From: a virus
Taxonomy: Duplodnaviria > Caudoviricetes
DNA length: 44,810 nt
IMG/VR virus record: IMGVR_UViG_3300037705_000170
Coordinates: 1 to 44,810 of that record
Reading direction: 5' to 3' (one strand)
The notes under the pieces are model-generated. The model was not told the DNA's origin. It saw nothing but the letters and a program-made list of their open reading frames with translations, and did not search any database. Below are positions 27,938 through 36,934 of this stretch, piece after piece; positions within the stretch are counted from its first letter, which is position 1, and every line of letters starts with the position of its first letter. The translations under genes were made by a program, and so were the position numbers.

Positions 27938-30071
27938 GCCGCGTCTCCCATGATGGCCTGGTGAACCTGCTCGGGCGTTGCCAGATTGATCAGCCGCGCG
28001 AGATTCTCCAACTCCGGCCGGTCGAGCCCGTAAGCGATCTCGTGGCCGTCGCGGAGCAGGGCATAGCGGCCCGGCATAATCTCGCCGGCACGGTAGAGGT
28101 TATCGACCGACCATTTCATCGTTGCCACTCCCGTTTGCAACTCGCCGCGTTGATGCAATGCAAATGGATGACCCGCGCCGCCGTTTTCCGGCTCAGTCCT
28201 ACCGGGGGCGACTGAGACCCGCCCCCGGCGAAAGGACTGCGAGAATGCGACTGCTGGCCATCTCCCTCCTTCAGTTGTGAAGCCCGGACTTGACCGCGCC
28301 GGGCAAGGCGGTTGCGGAAAAAGGCGAGGATGGCGACGGTCATGGCTTGCCTCCGGCCAACCCACAGTAGCCGCGCCACTCGGCCTGGGGCAATTGACGC
28401 GTGCCGTCAGGATATGTGCAAACGGTATTGTCCCCCCAGCGCCACGCCATGCACTGTGAAGCGATGCAGCGATACCCGCGCGTAGATTCGTCAGGCCATC
28501 TATGGCGATTGACGCTTATGGGGCCGTCAACGGTCGCAACGTGCGTCCTTACGAACGGGCACCACTTCGTCAGGGCCTCTTCCTCTGCCATCATGGCGCC
28601 ACCTTTGGTAGCCATACTGGCTTGACTGCACCGTATGCCTTCCCGTCCGCATCGCAGTACTCGAGCAGTTCAAATACCCGCAACCGGTTTTTATCATCCA
28701 TACCAAGGGCATTGCAGGCAGCAAGGACACGTTTCGCGCCTGCGGTGGAGCGCCCCCGGCGGCTTCGCCAGTCGATGAGAATTTCGTGAACAGCGATTGC
28801 CTTTTCCATCTCACCACCCCAGCCCGACGGCCATCAGCGCGATCACAGCCACGGCGGCTGGGACGACGAAAAGCCATGCGAAGAATTCCAAAATACTCAT
28901 GACACCAAGGCCCAATAGACCAGCCCGGCGCCGGCCAGGATCAGCAGCACATCGACGGCGCGGCTCAACAGGCGATAGTTCACCCGCTTGTGCGGGCCGC
29001 CCTGGTAGACTTTGCGGTAGCCTTTCATGGCTGTTCTCCCTCGACACCATCGCCAAACTCAGCGCCGCATTTGGTGCAGCGCATGACACGCGCGAGGTTC
29101 CAGTAATATGTGCCGCAGCGACCGCATTTCTTGATGCCAGGATCAGCGCGCATGGCAGCACCCCAATTGACTGAGCCGTCGTCGCGCACCGGACTTGGCG
29201 CGTCTGGGAAAGGATCGGCATACGCGCCGCTGATGATTTCTGGCTGGTTCATGGCTGTTCTCCCTCGGCTTTGGCGATGGCGGCGCGCACTTGGTCGAGG
29301 AAGGGCACTTCGCCATCCTCGTATGGCGCACCATCGGCAGGGTTGACGCACTCCGCCGCGACCCGTTTCAGCGCCGCCAGCAAATCTCGGTTGATGCTTT
29401 CCAGTTGCTCCGCGCGCTCTAGGCGCCCTATGGTCTGCTGGGCAGCCATAACGATGCTCTCAACGCTCATGTCCGCACCTTGCTTGCCAGGAACGCCGCC
29501 TCGAAACAGGCGTCACTGACCCTCTTGCGCCGCAATTCAGCCTCGCACCGCTCAAGGGCAGCGCCGTAGGTGCGGGGGAAAGCTACTGCAATCCTGGAAT
29601 ATCCAACTGCCCCACCGAAAACGGCCTCATAACTCTTCCCTAAATCAGACACGGTACGCGCAACCTTGGACCGCTCAACGCGAAGCCTTTCCACAAGATA
29701 ACGGGCGGCAAGGCAATGGCGGCTTGAACAGAAGATATATTCCGTCGCGGGATCTTGCGTTCGCAGCCACGCGGCGAGTCCCTCGACGCTGAAAATCTCC
29801 GGCTCGTGGTCTTGAGTGCGTCCGTCAAATGGCATTACGCGACCTCCGTTGTATGTTCCGCCCATGGATCGGCCTTGACCGCGCCCATGTCGTTGCAGGT
29901 CTCGCAAGCCCGATATTCCTTGCGCCGCGACGGGTCGAGCGACACCTCCTCGTAACCCCCGAGTCTCCCGTGGCAGTCGGGGCACTCGACCATCGCGTGG
30001 CGCTTGCGGTATGCATCCAGGTCGGCTTGCGACTGGGCGAGGGTGCGTGTTTGGCGGTCGAGGAGACTCAT
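27934..30071 (-). other. Cluster of small early-left ORFs (27934-28119, 28340-28594, 28591-28809, 28811-28900, 28897-29028, 29025-29252, 29249-29470, 29467-29835, 29835-30071)
   Basis: Mostly ATGA/TAATG-coupled; several carry CxxC pairs; two are short membrane peptides. Confidence 0.55.
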
Positions 30072-30082
30072 CTCGTCCTCCC

Positions 30083-30331
30083 TCAGGCTGTGGCTTTGGC
30101 GCGCTTGCATAGCCGCAATTCAATTTCATCGATCAGCGGATTGACCCAAGTCTCGCGATAGAGTTTCGTCCGCCGTTTGATGAAGTCGGTGACCTCGGGG
30201 TCGCTATCCCTGGTCGGTAGCGGGTCGTCAGGCTTCGGCCATCCGAAGCCACCGAAGCTGCTGCGCTCGAAATTCGCGGTCTCGCGTAGTCTCTCGATCA
30301 GTTGCGCGTTGGTGCGTCGGTTGCGGCCCAT
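30083..30331 (-). CDS. First gene of the leftward operon, flanked by 25-bp direct repeats
   Basis: MGRNRRTNAQLIERLRE...; RBS gagggagga. Confidence 0.65.
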   Translation of the reverse strand: MGRNRRTNAQLIERLRETANFERSSFGGFGWPKPDDPLPTRDSDPEVTDFIKRRTKLYRETWVNPLIDEIELRLCKRAKATA

Positions 30332-30357
30332 CTCGTCCTCCCTCAGGCTGTGGGAGG

Positions 30358-30401
30358 ATACTAGGACAATATGTCCACACTGGTCAAGGACTATTTGTCC
30401 T
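30358..30401 (-). promoter_or_regulatory. Leftward promoter (PL-like) with two GGAC-N5-GTCC operators
   Basis: Minus strand TTGACC-18 bp-TAGTAT; palindromes at 30364-30376 and 30388-30400. Confidence 0.75.
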
Positions 30402-30457
30402 AACTCAGGACAAAATAAAACATGCCGACAAACCAAGCGGTTACGTGAAATTATTGG

Positions 30458-30763
30458 TTAACGGGAAGGACGGCCGTTGGCCCTTCGCGCGAGGTGGATT
30501 TGCGCGTCCTGGGGGGCGGGCTGGGCAATTCTCTTGACCACCATGCCGTAGAGCCACGCGATTTCGCACCGCGTCGCGACACAAAACGAAGCCACAAGGT
30601 GATGCGGCAGGAACGAGCGGCGTTCGTAATGTTTGTATTTATCCTGCGGCACGTTGAGCAGCAGCGCGATTTCTTCCTGGGTATAGCCCGCGTTGATTCG
30701 GGCCTTCGCGGTTCTGGCGAGAAACCCTTTTTTGAACGCGGATTGAGTATCATATTGACCCAT
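30458..30763 (-). CDS. XRE-family HTH repressor (CI-like, no peptidase domain)
   Basis: ARINAGYTQEEIALLLNVPQDKYKHYERR; divergent from the Cro-like gene. Confidence 0.8.
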   Translation of the reverse strand: MGQYDTQSAFKKGFLARTAKARINAGYTQEEIALLLNVPQDKYKHYERRSFLPHHLVASFCVATRCEIAWLYGMVVKRIAQPAPQDAQIHLARRANGRPSR

Positions 30764-30799
30764 ATTATTATTCTAAAGTTTTACACACCTGTGGGTAAG

Positions 30800-30844
30800 G
30801 GACACCATGGCCCTTGACGGTAAGGACAAATAGTCCTATAGATT
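30800..30844 (+). promoter_or_regulatory. Rightward promoter (PR-like) with operators
   Basis: TTGACG at 30814; AGGACAAATAGTCCT at 30823-30837 is the exact reverse complement of 30387-30401; degenerate copy at 30800-30812. Confidence 0.75.
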
Positions 30845-30848
30845 CGCC

Positions 30849-31070
30849 ATGGAAGATTTTCGCGCGATCATAGTTAAGTGGCCGGAGCCGCATGTCGAAA
30901 CCCTGGCGGCCGATGTCGGCGCGTCACGGGAAGCCGTCAAAAAGTGGTGGCAGCGCAACGCGATCCCAGGCGAGTGGTTCGCTCATGTGCGCGATGCCGC
31001 CGCCCGCCGCCGGATCAAGGGCGTCACAACCGACTTAATGGCCGAACTGGCCCGACGGCAGGCCGCTTAA
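30849..31070 (+). CDS. Cro-like HTH protein
   Basis: TLAADVGASREAVKKWWQRNAIPGEWF. Confidence 0.8.
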   Translation: MEDFRAIIVKWPEPHVETLAADVGASREAVKKWWQRNAIPGEWFAHVRDAAARRRIKGVTTDLMAELARRQAA

Positions 31071-31407
31071 CCATGCCGGGGGGCAGGGGGTCACAAGATT
31101 TAGACCGGAGCGCGCGGCGGGCAAGACCCGGCACAACGCCAACGCGACCCGCCGCGAAACAACACATTGCGGAAAATACTCAGTCACTCGGTTTCGCTGG
31201 CCCCTTCGGGACGACGCGCGCCTCCGCGCGGCGAATGGGCGGCGGAAGGCGCGGCGGCGGACTCTCCCCTGGTGGCCGCCGTCGCGTCAGTCCTCTTCGC
31301 GAGTTTCTCTCTGCGGATTTGTTCGCGCAAATCGCGGAGCATTTTGTCGCTGATCTGTCCGATCATGTACCAGTGCTGCTTCTTTCCCATGCCAACCAGA
31401 GTGGAGC

Positions 31408-31785
31408 ATGGGCATGGAAAGATTTACGAGGCACCGCGCGCAAAAGATTCGCGGAGAACGAATCGTGAGCGGCGCGCTCGCATTGGTTCAGGACAACCGC
31501 GCGGCGGCGGAGTTCGTCGGCGACGTTCTCACCATCGAATACGGCCCGCTCAAAAGCACCACCAAGCATGTCGCGCGCGCGGCGAACGCCAACATCCGCA
31601 GCGCGGAAAACTGGCTACAGCGGAAAGTCTGCCCGAACGTCCCGGCGTTTCTCCGCCTCGCCATGCAGGTGCCGGAATTGAACGCGGCGGTGATCTGGCT
31701 GATGCGCCACGGTCCCGGTCATCCCGAGTTCGAGAAGGTCAGCGCGAACGTCGAGCGCTATCTGAACGCGGGAGGGCCGGGATGA
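31408..31785 (+). CDS. CII-like HTH regulator
   Basis: TKHVARAANANIRSAENWLQRKVCP helix-turn-helix; position after cro. Confidence 0.6.
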   Translation: MGMERFTRHRAQKIRGERIVSGALALVQDNRAAAEFVGDVLTIEYGPLKSTTKHVARAANANIRSAENWLQRKVCPNVPAFLRLAMQVPELNAAVIWLMRHGPGHPEFEKVSANVERYLNAGGPG

Positions 31786-32156
31786 GAATCCTCTACATCG
31801 CTGGCGGCTTCTGCGCCTTGTTTCTTTCTGGTTGGGCATTTCTGGCCGCGTTTGGAGTTGCCCCGGACGTTGACATGCCGCAATGGATTTTGGGTCTTGT
31901 TTTCCTCCTTTGCGCGGTCAGCTTCTTCGAAAAAGCAGCGGGGCCGGGATGAAGCTTTACCACCTTATCGTGTGGGGGCTCGCCTCGGCCGGTTACGTTT
32001 ATGCCGAAATTTCCGGGCTCGGCCCATTCCAGCGGGAGGCATGGCAGATCGCTCTGCCGTACGGTCTGTTCGCCATCGCCCCTTATGTTTGGAGTGGCGA
32101 AGTATGAAAAAAAACCGCGCGGCCCTTAACCAGTTAGCCACGTTGGGGGGCCGCTG

Positions 32157-32705
32157 ATGGCGATCTCCCGTTCGAAACTCGACATAATTTTCAGCCTATT
32201 GGTGCGGGAGCGGGCGGGGCATGTCTGCGAGGCTTCCGGCGCAACAGCGAACTCGTGTCAATTGGAGTGCTGCCACGTCGAAGGGAGACGGTCACGTTCG
32301 ACTCGCTGGCACCCCGACAACGCGTTTTGCCTCAGCCACGCCATGCACAGGTATTACACGGAAAATCCAATCTCATGGGCGGAGTGGGTTAAGCGCAAGC
32401 TCGGCGAGGAACGCTACCACGCCAACCTGAGACGCGCCCATACACCCCGAAAATTCAGCCCACGCGAGATCGAGGGGCTCTACCTGCACTATGCCTCGGA
32501 ATTGGAAAGGCTGCGTGTAGCGCGCTCCAACGGGCGTGCAGGGCGCATCGAGTTCGAGTTTCCTAACCCGATCCCCGAGGCGGCCCCACGGGCGAAAAAG
32601 AAGAAAGCGCCGTCGCGGCTCAAGAAAAAACTGAACGGCCAAGTTGTGCCACGGGAAAACGGACGCGCGGCGACGGCCTACCGGCTGGGGGGTGAGCATG
32701 GCTGA
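32157..32705 (+). CDS. NinG/Rap-like HNH recombination endonuclease
   Basis: LDIIFSLLVRERAGHVCE...CCHVEGRRSRSTRWHPDNAFCL. Confidence 0.75.
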   Translation: MAISRSKLDIIFSLLVRERAGHVCEASGATANSCQLECCHVEGRRSRSTRWHPDNAFCLSHAMHRYYTENPISWAEWVKRKLGEERYHANLRRAHTPRKFSPREIEGLYLHYASELERLRVARSNGRAGRIEFEFPNPIPEAAPRAKKKKAPSRLKKKLNGQVVPRENGRAATAYRLGGEHG

Positions 32706-33351
32706 ACCCTACCGCGCGCCCGAGGATTGCGGCATGGAGGCGCCGCACAGCAAGCCCAAGGGGCGGAGCCTGCAGGCGCTGAAGGATGGCGTCCAGCGCG
32801 CCCGCCTGATTGGTGCTCCTGGCGGCGGTGAACGGCAGAAGGATGATTTTTACGCCACTCCTGAAACGAGCACACAAGCCCTGCTGAGAGCCGAGTCGTT
32901 CGATGGCGATATTTGGGAGCCGGCTTGCGGAGACGGGGCCATTTCCAAGGTCTTAGAGGCCAACGGCTACCGAGTCGCAAGTTCCGATTTAGTGGACCGT
33001 GGCTACGGCGAACCGCGCGTTGACTTTCTCATGGAGTATAAGCCGCGCGCGCCTAACATCGTGACAAATCCACCATTCAAACTCGCTAATGATTTTGCTC
33101 GCAAAGCTCTGCAGATGACAACGGGGAAGGTCGCGCTGTTGCTCAAGGTTGGGTTTTTAGAGGGGAAGGGGCGCCGCGATCTTTATGACGACTCGCCGTT
33201 CGCGCGATTGCTGGTTTTCCGTGAACGGCAAACATTCCTGAAGAACGGTGACACCGCCATAACGATGAACGGCGGCGGTGGCATGATCGCTTACGGCTGG
33301 TTCGTCTGGGAGCACGGCTACACCGGCAAACCTACGCTGGGGTGGTTATGA
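32698..33351 (+). CDS. DNA N6-adenine methyltransferase
   Basis: DDFYATP, WEPACGDG (SAM binding) and IVTNPPF (catalytic). Confidence 0.88.
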   Translation: MAEPYRAPEDCGMEAPHSKPKGRSLQALKDGVQRARLIGAPGGGERQKDDFYATPETSTQALLRAESFDGDIWEPACGDGAISKVLEANGYRVASSDLVDRGYGEPRVDFLMEYKPRAPNIVTNPPFKLANDFARKALQMTTGKVALLLKVGFLEGKGRRDLYDDSPFARLLVFRERQTFLKNGDTAITMNGGGGMIAYGWFVWEHGYTGKPTLGWL

Positions 33352-33563
33352 CCCAATCTCGCCGCGCTTCATTCTGCGAGTCCTGCATCAACGTCGCTAT
33401 AGGCTATGGCGTTGCGGTTGGCGCGCAGATCGCAATATTCCCATTATTCGGGATGGCAGTATCCATTGGAGATAACTTGGCCATTGGGGGCCTGTTCACA
33501 ATCGTGAGCGTCGCTCGGTCATACTGTGTCCGGCGGTTGTTTAATTGGTGGGGCCATAGATGA
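33348..33563 (+). CDS. Small two-TM phage membrane protein
   Basis: QSRRASFCESCINVAIGY...SVARSYCVRRLFN. Confidence 0.7.
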   Translation: MTQSRRASFCESCINVAIGYGVAVGAQIAIFPLFGMAVSIGDNLAIGGLFTIVSVARSYCVRRLFNWWGHR

Positions 33564-33794
33564 CCCGATCTCAATTCGACGCCCGCATGGCCTTTATCCG
33601 CCGCTATGCCCTGGCCCACACAGGCCGGGATGACGACGCCACCTGCTTCGCCATCGCCGTGCTGTTCTGGATGGGAAGCGAACAGGACGGGTTCCACTAC
33701 GCCAAGCCTGACCGGCATGTGGAATTGGAATTGGACGATCAGGAAATTGTGCAATGACGATCCAGGGCCGCGACCCGAGAACGGGGGAACCGCT

Positions 33795-34010
33795 ATGAAA
33801 CACGCGCGATCCGAAATTCACCCTCTAGTGGCCGAGCTTCAATCCGCCGCCAAGAACGTCAAGCAAATATCCCTGGCCGTCAAGTCGGGGTTTTCGGCCG
33901 CGACCGTCAGCTCCTTCATGACCGGCGCGAGACGCCCGAGCATTTGGGCGCTGACCGCGCTGGCCGACGCGCTGGGCTACGACGTGGTGCTGCGCAAGAG
34001 GCGTCCATGA
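33795..34010 (+). CDS. XRE-family HTH protein
   Basis: QISLAVKSGFSAATVSSFMTGARRPSIWALTALADALG. Confidence 0.75.
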   Translation: MKHARSEIHPLVAELQSAAKNVKQISLAVKSGFSAATVSSFMTGARRPSIWALTALADALGYDVVLRKRRP

Positions 34011-34417
34011 GCGCGCAATCTCAATCGGCCTATCGCTTCGAGGGCAAGACGATCAAGCTCAACCAGCGCGACTACGACCAATGGAAGAAGGTCTATCACG
34101 CGATCCCGGATTTCGACGCCGAATTGCAGCGCATCGACGATTCCGAACTGCCGGCCAACTGGTTCTGCGCGGTCTCGGCCAAGCTCGCCGCCAAGCACCA
34201 GAAATTCAAGGCTACGGAGGCATCCTCACGCGCCCCCGGCTTGCAGGCCTATCTCAAGCCGCAGCCCTCTCTAGCCTCATACGTGAGCGTCATGAAGCTC
34301 GCCTATCGGGACAATAAGCGATGGCTGGCGCCGAGCAACAAGTCGATCGTGCAGGAAGCTTATGCGAAGGGACTGATAACGGCCGCCGAAGCGGAGTTCT
34401 GCGGCTGGCGGCCTTAA
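34007..34417 (+). CDS. Hypothetical protein resembling the C-terminal domain of phage replication proteins
   Basis: YRFEGKTIKLNQRDYDQWKKVY...DFDAELQRIDD; occupies the usual replication-gene position. Confidence 0.45.
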   Translation: MSAQSQSAYRFEGKTIKLNQRDYDQWKKVYHAIPDFDAELQRIDDSELPANWFCAVSAKLAAKHQKFKATEASSRAPGLQAYLKPQPSLASYVSVMKLAYRDNKRWLAPSNKSIVQEAYAKGLITAAEAEFCGWRP

Positions 34418-34419
34418 GT

Positions 34420-34790
34420 GCCTACAGATAGCTGGTGGACAGTGCAAAAGAGTGGCGCCCTATCTGACTGCGTTACCACGGGATTCGAGCAAAGCGCGGC
34501 GGTGGTCCAAGGGACGGGGCCGTAAGACTCGGCGGTGCGGGCAATAGCACCGAATAGCAGCGTTCTCCCGGTATGTCATGCCCTGGCATACAGGCCCTAA
34601 GCGCCGGCTCGTCTCAAGGGACAAGACCAAGCGCCGGGACGGAACTACCTGCTCAGGAGCGGGATAGTCCGTCCTGTGCCCATCACACCGGTCTGAACTC
34701 AGGGACATGATAGTAAGAGATCATCGGTCGAAATGACGAAAATGGGCGAAGCTAACAGCACAGGTGCAGCATGGCTGAGAAAAATGGCAG
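34420..34790 (+). ncRNA. Candidate structured non-coding RNA or origin element
   Basis: Gap without a convincing ORF; stems at 34425-34466, 34533-34552, 34571-34591 and 34636-34675. Confidence 0.35.
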
Positions 34791-34805
34791 AGAGATGGGA
34801 GCGGA

Positions 34806-35012
34806 GTGATGAGTCTGGCGACAAACCTCAGAAAGCTCCGGCTGGAAAGCGGGGAAAGCTTACAGGCCGTGGCGACGGCTATCGGCAGAGCGAAGCCCCA
34901 CGTCTGGGAGCTTGAGAATGGACGGGCGAAAAACCCGACGCTACGGACCCTTAAAAGGCTCGCGAAGCATTATAATACGAAGGTTTATTTACTGATCGGG
35001 GAAAGGCCATGA
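34806..35012 (+). CDS. XRE-family HTH protein
   Basis: LRKLRLESGESLQAVATAIGRAKPHVWELENGRAKNPT. Confidence 0.85.
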   Translation: MMSLATNLRKLRLESGESLQAVATAIGRAKPHVWELENGRAKNPTLRTLKRLAKHYNTKVYLLIGERP

Positions 35013-35176
35013 CTGACACGCCAGACGACGCGATTGTGGAGGCTGTGGCCGTCGCCCTATACGCGACCGATCATGGGTTGCCGTGGGAGAAAGCCCTGCC
35101 TGGCGTTCGTGAATATTTTATGGGGCAGGCCCGCGCCGCCATAGCAGCCTACGAGAAGGCGAAGGCTGGAAGATAA
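35009..35176 (+). CDS. Small hypothetical protein (55 aa)
   Basis: MTDTPDDAIVEAVAVAL...QARAAIAAY; ATGA-coupled. Confidence 0.55.
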   Translation: MTDTPDDAIVEAVAVALYATDHGLPWEKALPGVREYFMGQARAAIAAYEKAKAGR

Positions 35177-35319
35177 TGCCTGTTATACTATTACATAGAT
35201 ACCGAACATTCTCAGGAAAAATCAGCCATTTACAACGCGCTACACAAAGCCCCTTGACAAGAAACATCTATAGACCGCATCATCGCGCGCGGCACTAGAG
35301 TCAACCGTAGTACAACCCA

Positions 35320-35335
35320 TGTTTCACGTGAAACC
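35320..35335. promoter_or_regulatory. parS-like site
   Basis: TGTTTCACGTGAAACC, 15/16 match to the chromosomal parS consensus TGTTTCACGTGAAACA. Confidence 0.7.
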
Positions 35336-35803
35336 ATGAACCACGAACTCTCACCGCAAGAAGAACGCTTCGCCATCCTCTGCCTGAAGCGCAGCCAATC
35401 GGACGCCTTCCGCGAAGCCTTCGCCGACCGCGTCGAACCCGACCAGCCCGACAGCAGCATCCACGAACGCGCCTGCAAGATGGCCGCCAAACCACGGATC
35501 AAGGCCCGGGTCGCCCAACTCCTCGACGAAGCCCGCATCCAGGACATGGAATCCGTCGGCTCGATCTACAAACAACTCTGCGAACTGCTCGATAAAGCAA
35601 CCGAAGCCGCCAATTGGACAGCCTGCGCCGCGTTCATGCGCCTCAAACTCCAAGTCAACGGCCTGCTCAAGGAAACCGTCACGCTCTCCATGGAACAGAC
35701 CATCAGCGACGACGAACTGGTTAAGCGGGTCGCAAAGGACAATCCAGCCCTCGCCAAACTCCTCACAGACAGCGTCGGACGCGACAACGCCTATGCGGAG
35801 TAA
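35336..35803 (+). CDS. terS: Terminase small subunit
   Basis: LSPQEERFA...SQSDAFREAF...ACKMAAKPRIKARVAQL, a typical TerS HTH N-terminus. Confidence 0.8.
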   Translation: MNHELSPQEERFAILCLKRSQSDAFREAFADRVEPDQPDSSIHERACKMAAKPRIKARVAQLLDEARIQDMESVGSIYKQLCELLDKATEAANWTACAAFMRLKLQVNGLLKETVTLSMEQTISDDELVKRVAKDNPALAKLLTDSVGRDNAYAE

Positions 35804-35911
35804 GCATGGCGAACATGCAAGAAGAGGCAAGGCAGGGTGTGGTGGTAGCCTGTTACCGCATCTATGCCAGTGTGATAAATCCCAGCGCAGCGGTAGCCGG
35901 ATACCGTAGCG

Positions 35912-35939
35912 ATTTTCCATAATGTGCATTATGACACAA
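35912..35939 (-). other. dif-like XerC/XerD recombination site
   Basis: Minus strand TTGTGTCATAA-TGCACA-TTATGGAAAAT; 11-6-11 layout with CATAA/TTATG cores. Confidence 0.6.
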
Positions 35940-35953
35940 CGGTTATGCAACGT

Positions 35954-36048
35954 TATCAATGGGTTAGCACATCATGCACTCTCTGCCCATGCAGCTGGCA
36001 CATGCGGCAGGGGAATCGGCAGGTAATCGTGTTATATCAATCGGTTAG
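35954..36048 (+). promoter_or_regulatory. Two IHF-consensus boxes
   Basis: TATCAATGGGTTA (35954) and TATCAATCGGTTA (36035) both fit WATCAANNNNTTR. Confidence 0.55.
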
Positions 36049-36199
36049 GGGGTGGGGCACCCCCATCGGATCGGGTGATGTGGCCGTATGCCCCCCACAT
36101 TATTCCGGCCTGAAACATCGGCGAAATACGCGGCGCGTCTAAACATTGGGGCATGGCTGGGCGGCCCAGGGGTGAGGCTACAGTGGTTTTTGGTGGGAG

Positions 36200-36934
36200 G
36201 TGTGGCTGCTCAAGCGCCGGGTGATCATCGCGCTGTGCTTCGACGATGGGCTGCTGATGCGGACGAAGCGGTTTGTGGCGGATTACCGGTATACGCAGGC
36301 TTATCTGTCGGTTGACGCGGTCGATGAGGCGTTTCTGATCGACATCACGCGGTCCGGCCCGTCTGAGGCGTCAAGGGTTGCGATGGCGTCCTACGCGGAG
36401 CGGTGTTTCGCGCCGGTGACGATGGGGGGATGGGTTCGATCGGTCGAGGATGCTAAGGAATTGTTCGCCATCGGGGCCGATAAGGTGGTGATTTCCGGCG
36501 GTATTATGGAAAACCCTGGACTGATCGGGGATTTGGCGCGAAGATACGGCTCACAAGCGGTAGTAGCGGGCATCGACCACCGTCTAGGGATGGTGGAAGT
36601 CGGGAAAACCGGGGAAAAACACGGCTTTACGGTCCTTGAGTGGGCCAAAAAGGTGGAAACCTTGGGCACCGGCGAGATTTACCTGCAGGACGTCGACCGC
36701 GACGGTTCCCTTCTCGGCTATAACACGGACATTTTGCGTGAAATCGCCTCGGCGGTGTCCTGCCCCGTGGTAATCGGGGCCGGCTGCGGCGGCTGGCGGC
36801 ACATGGCTGAGGCTTTTCGGGCCGGCGCGGACGGTTGCGCGACGAGCGTCATCCATCACTTCACGGAAAGCTCTTTGGGCGGGTTCAAGCGGGAGTTGGC
36901 GCGCGCCGGGGTTCCGGTGAGGGAGGCCGCGTGA
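36200..36934 (+). CDS. HisF-like TIM-barrel cyclase subunit (WbuZ/HisF2 type, sugar amidino modification)
   Basis: LKRRVII, PVTMGGWVRSVEDA, GADKVV, YGSQAVV, GEIYLQDVDRDGSLLGY; lies in a sugar cluster with no other his genes. Confidence 0.88.
   Translation: MWLLKRRVIIALCFDDGLLMRTKRFVADYRYTQAYLSVDAVDEAFLIDITRSGPSEASRVAMASYAERCFAPVTMGGWVRSVEDAKELFAIGADKVVISGGIMENPGLIGDLARRYGSQAVVAGIDHRLGMVEVGKTGEKHGFTVLEWAKKVETLGTGEIYLQDVDRDGSLLGYNTDILREIASAVSCPVVIGAGCGGWRHMAEAFRAGADGCATSVIHHFTESSLGGFKRELARAGVPVREAA

Noticed and set aside
34495-34560. tRNA-like element (GGTGGTCCAAGGG...)
   Set aside because: No T-loop or acceptor stem can be built; retained only as part of the structured-RNA candidate.
36200-36934. 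Histidine biosynthesis auxiliary gene hisF
   Set aside because: No other his genes are present, and its neighbour is an N-acetyl sugar amidotransferase, which points to the sugar-modifying HisF-like subfamily.
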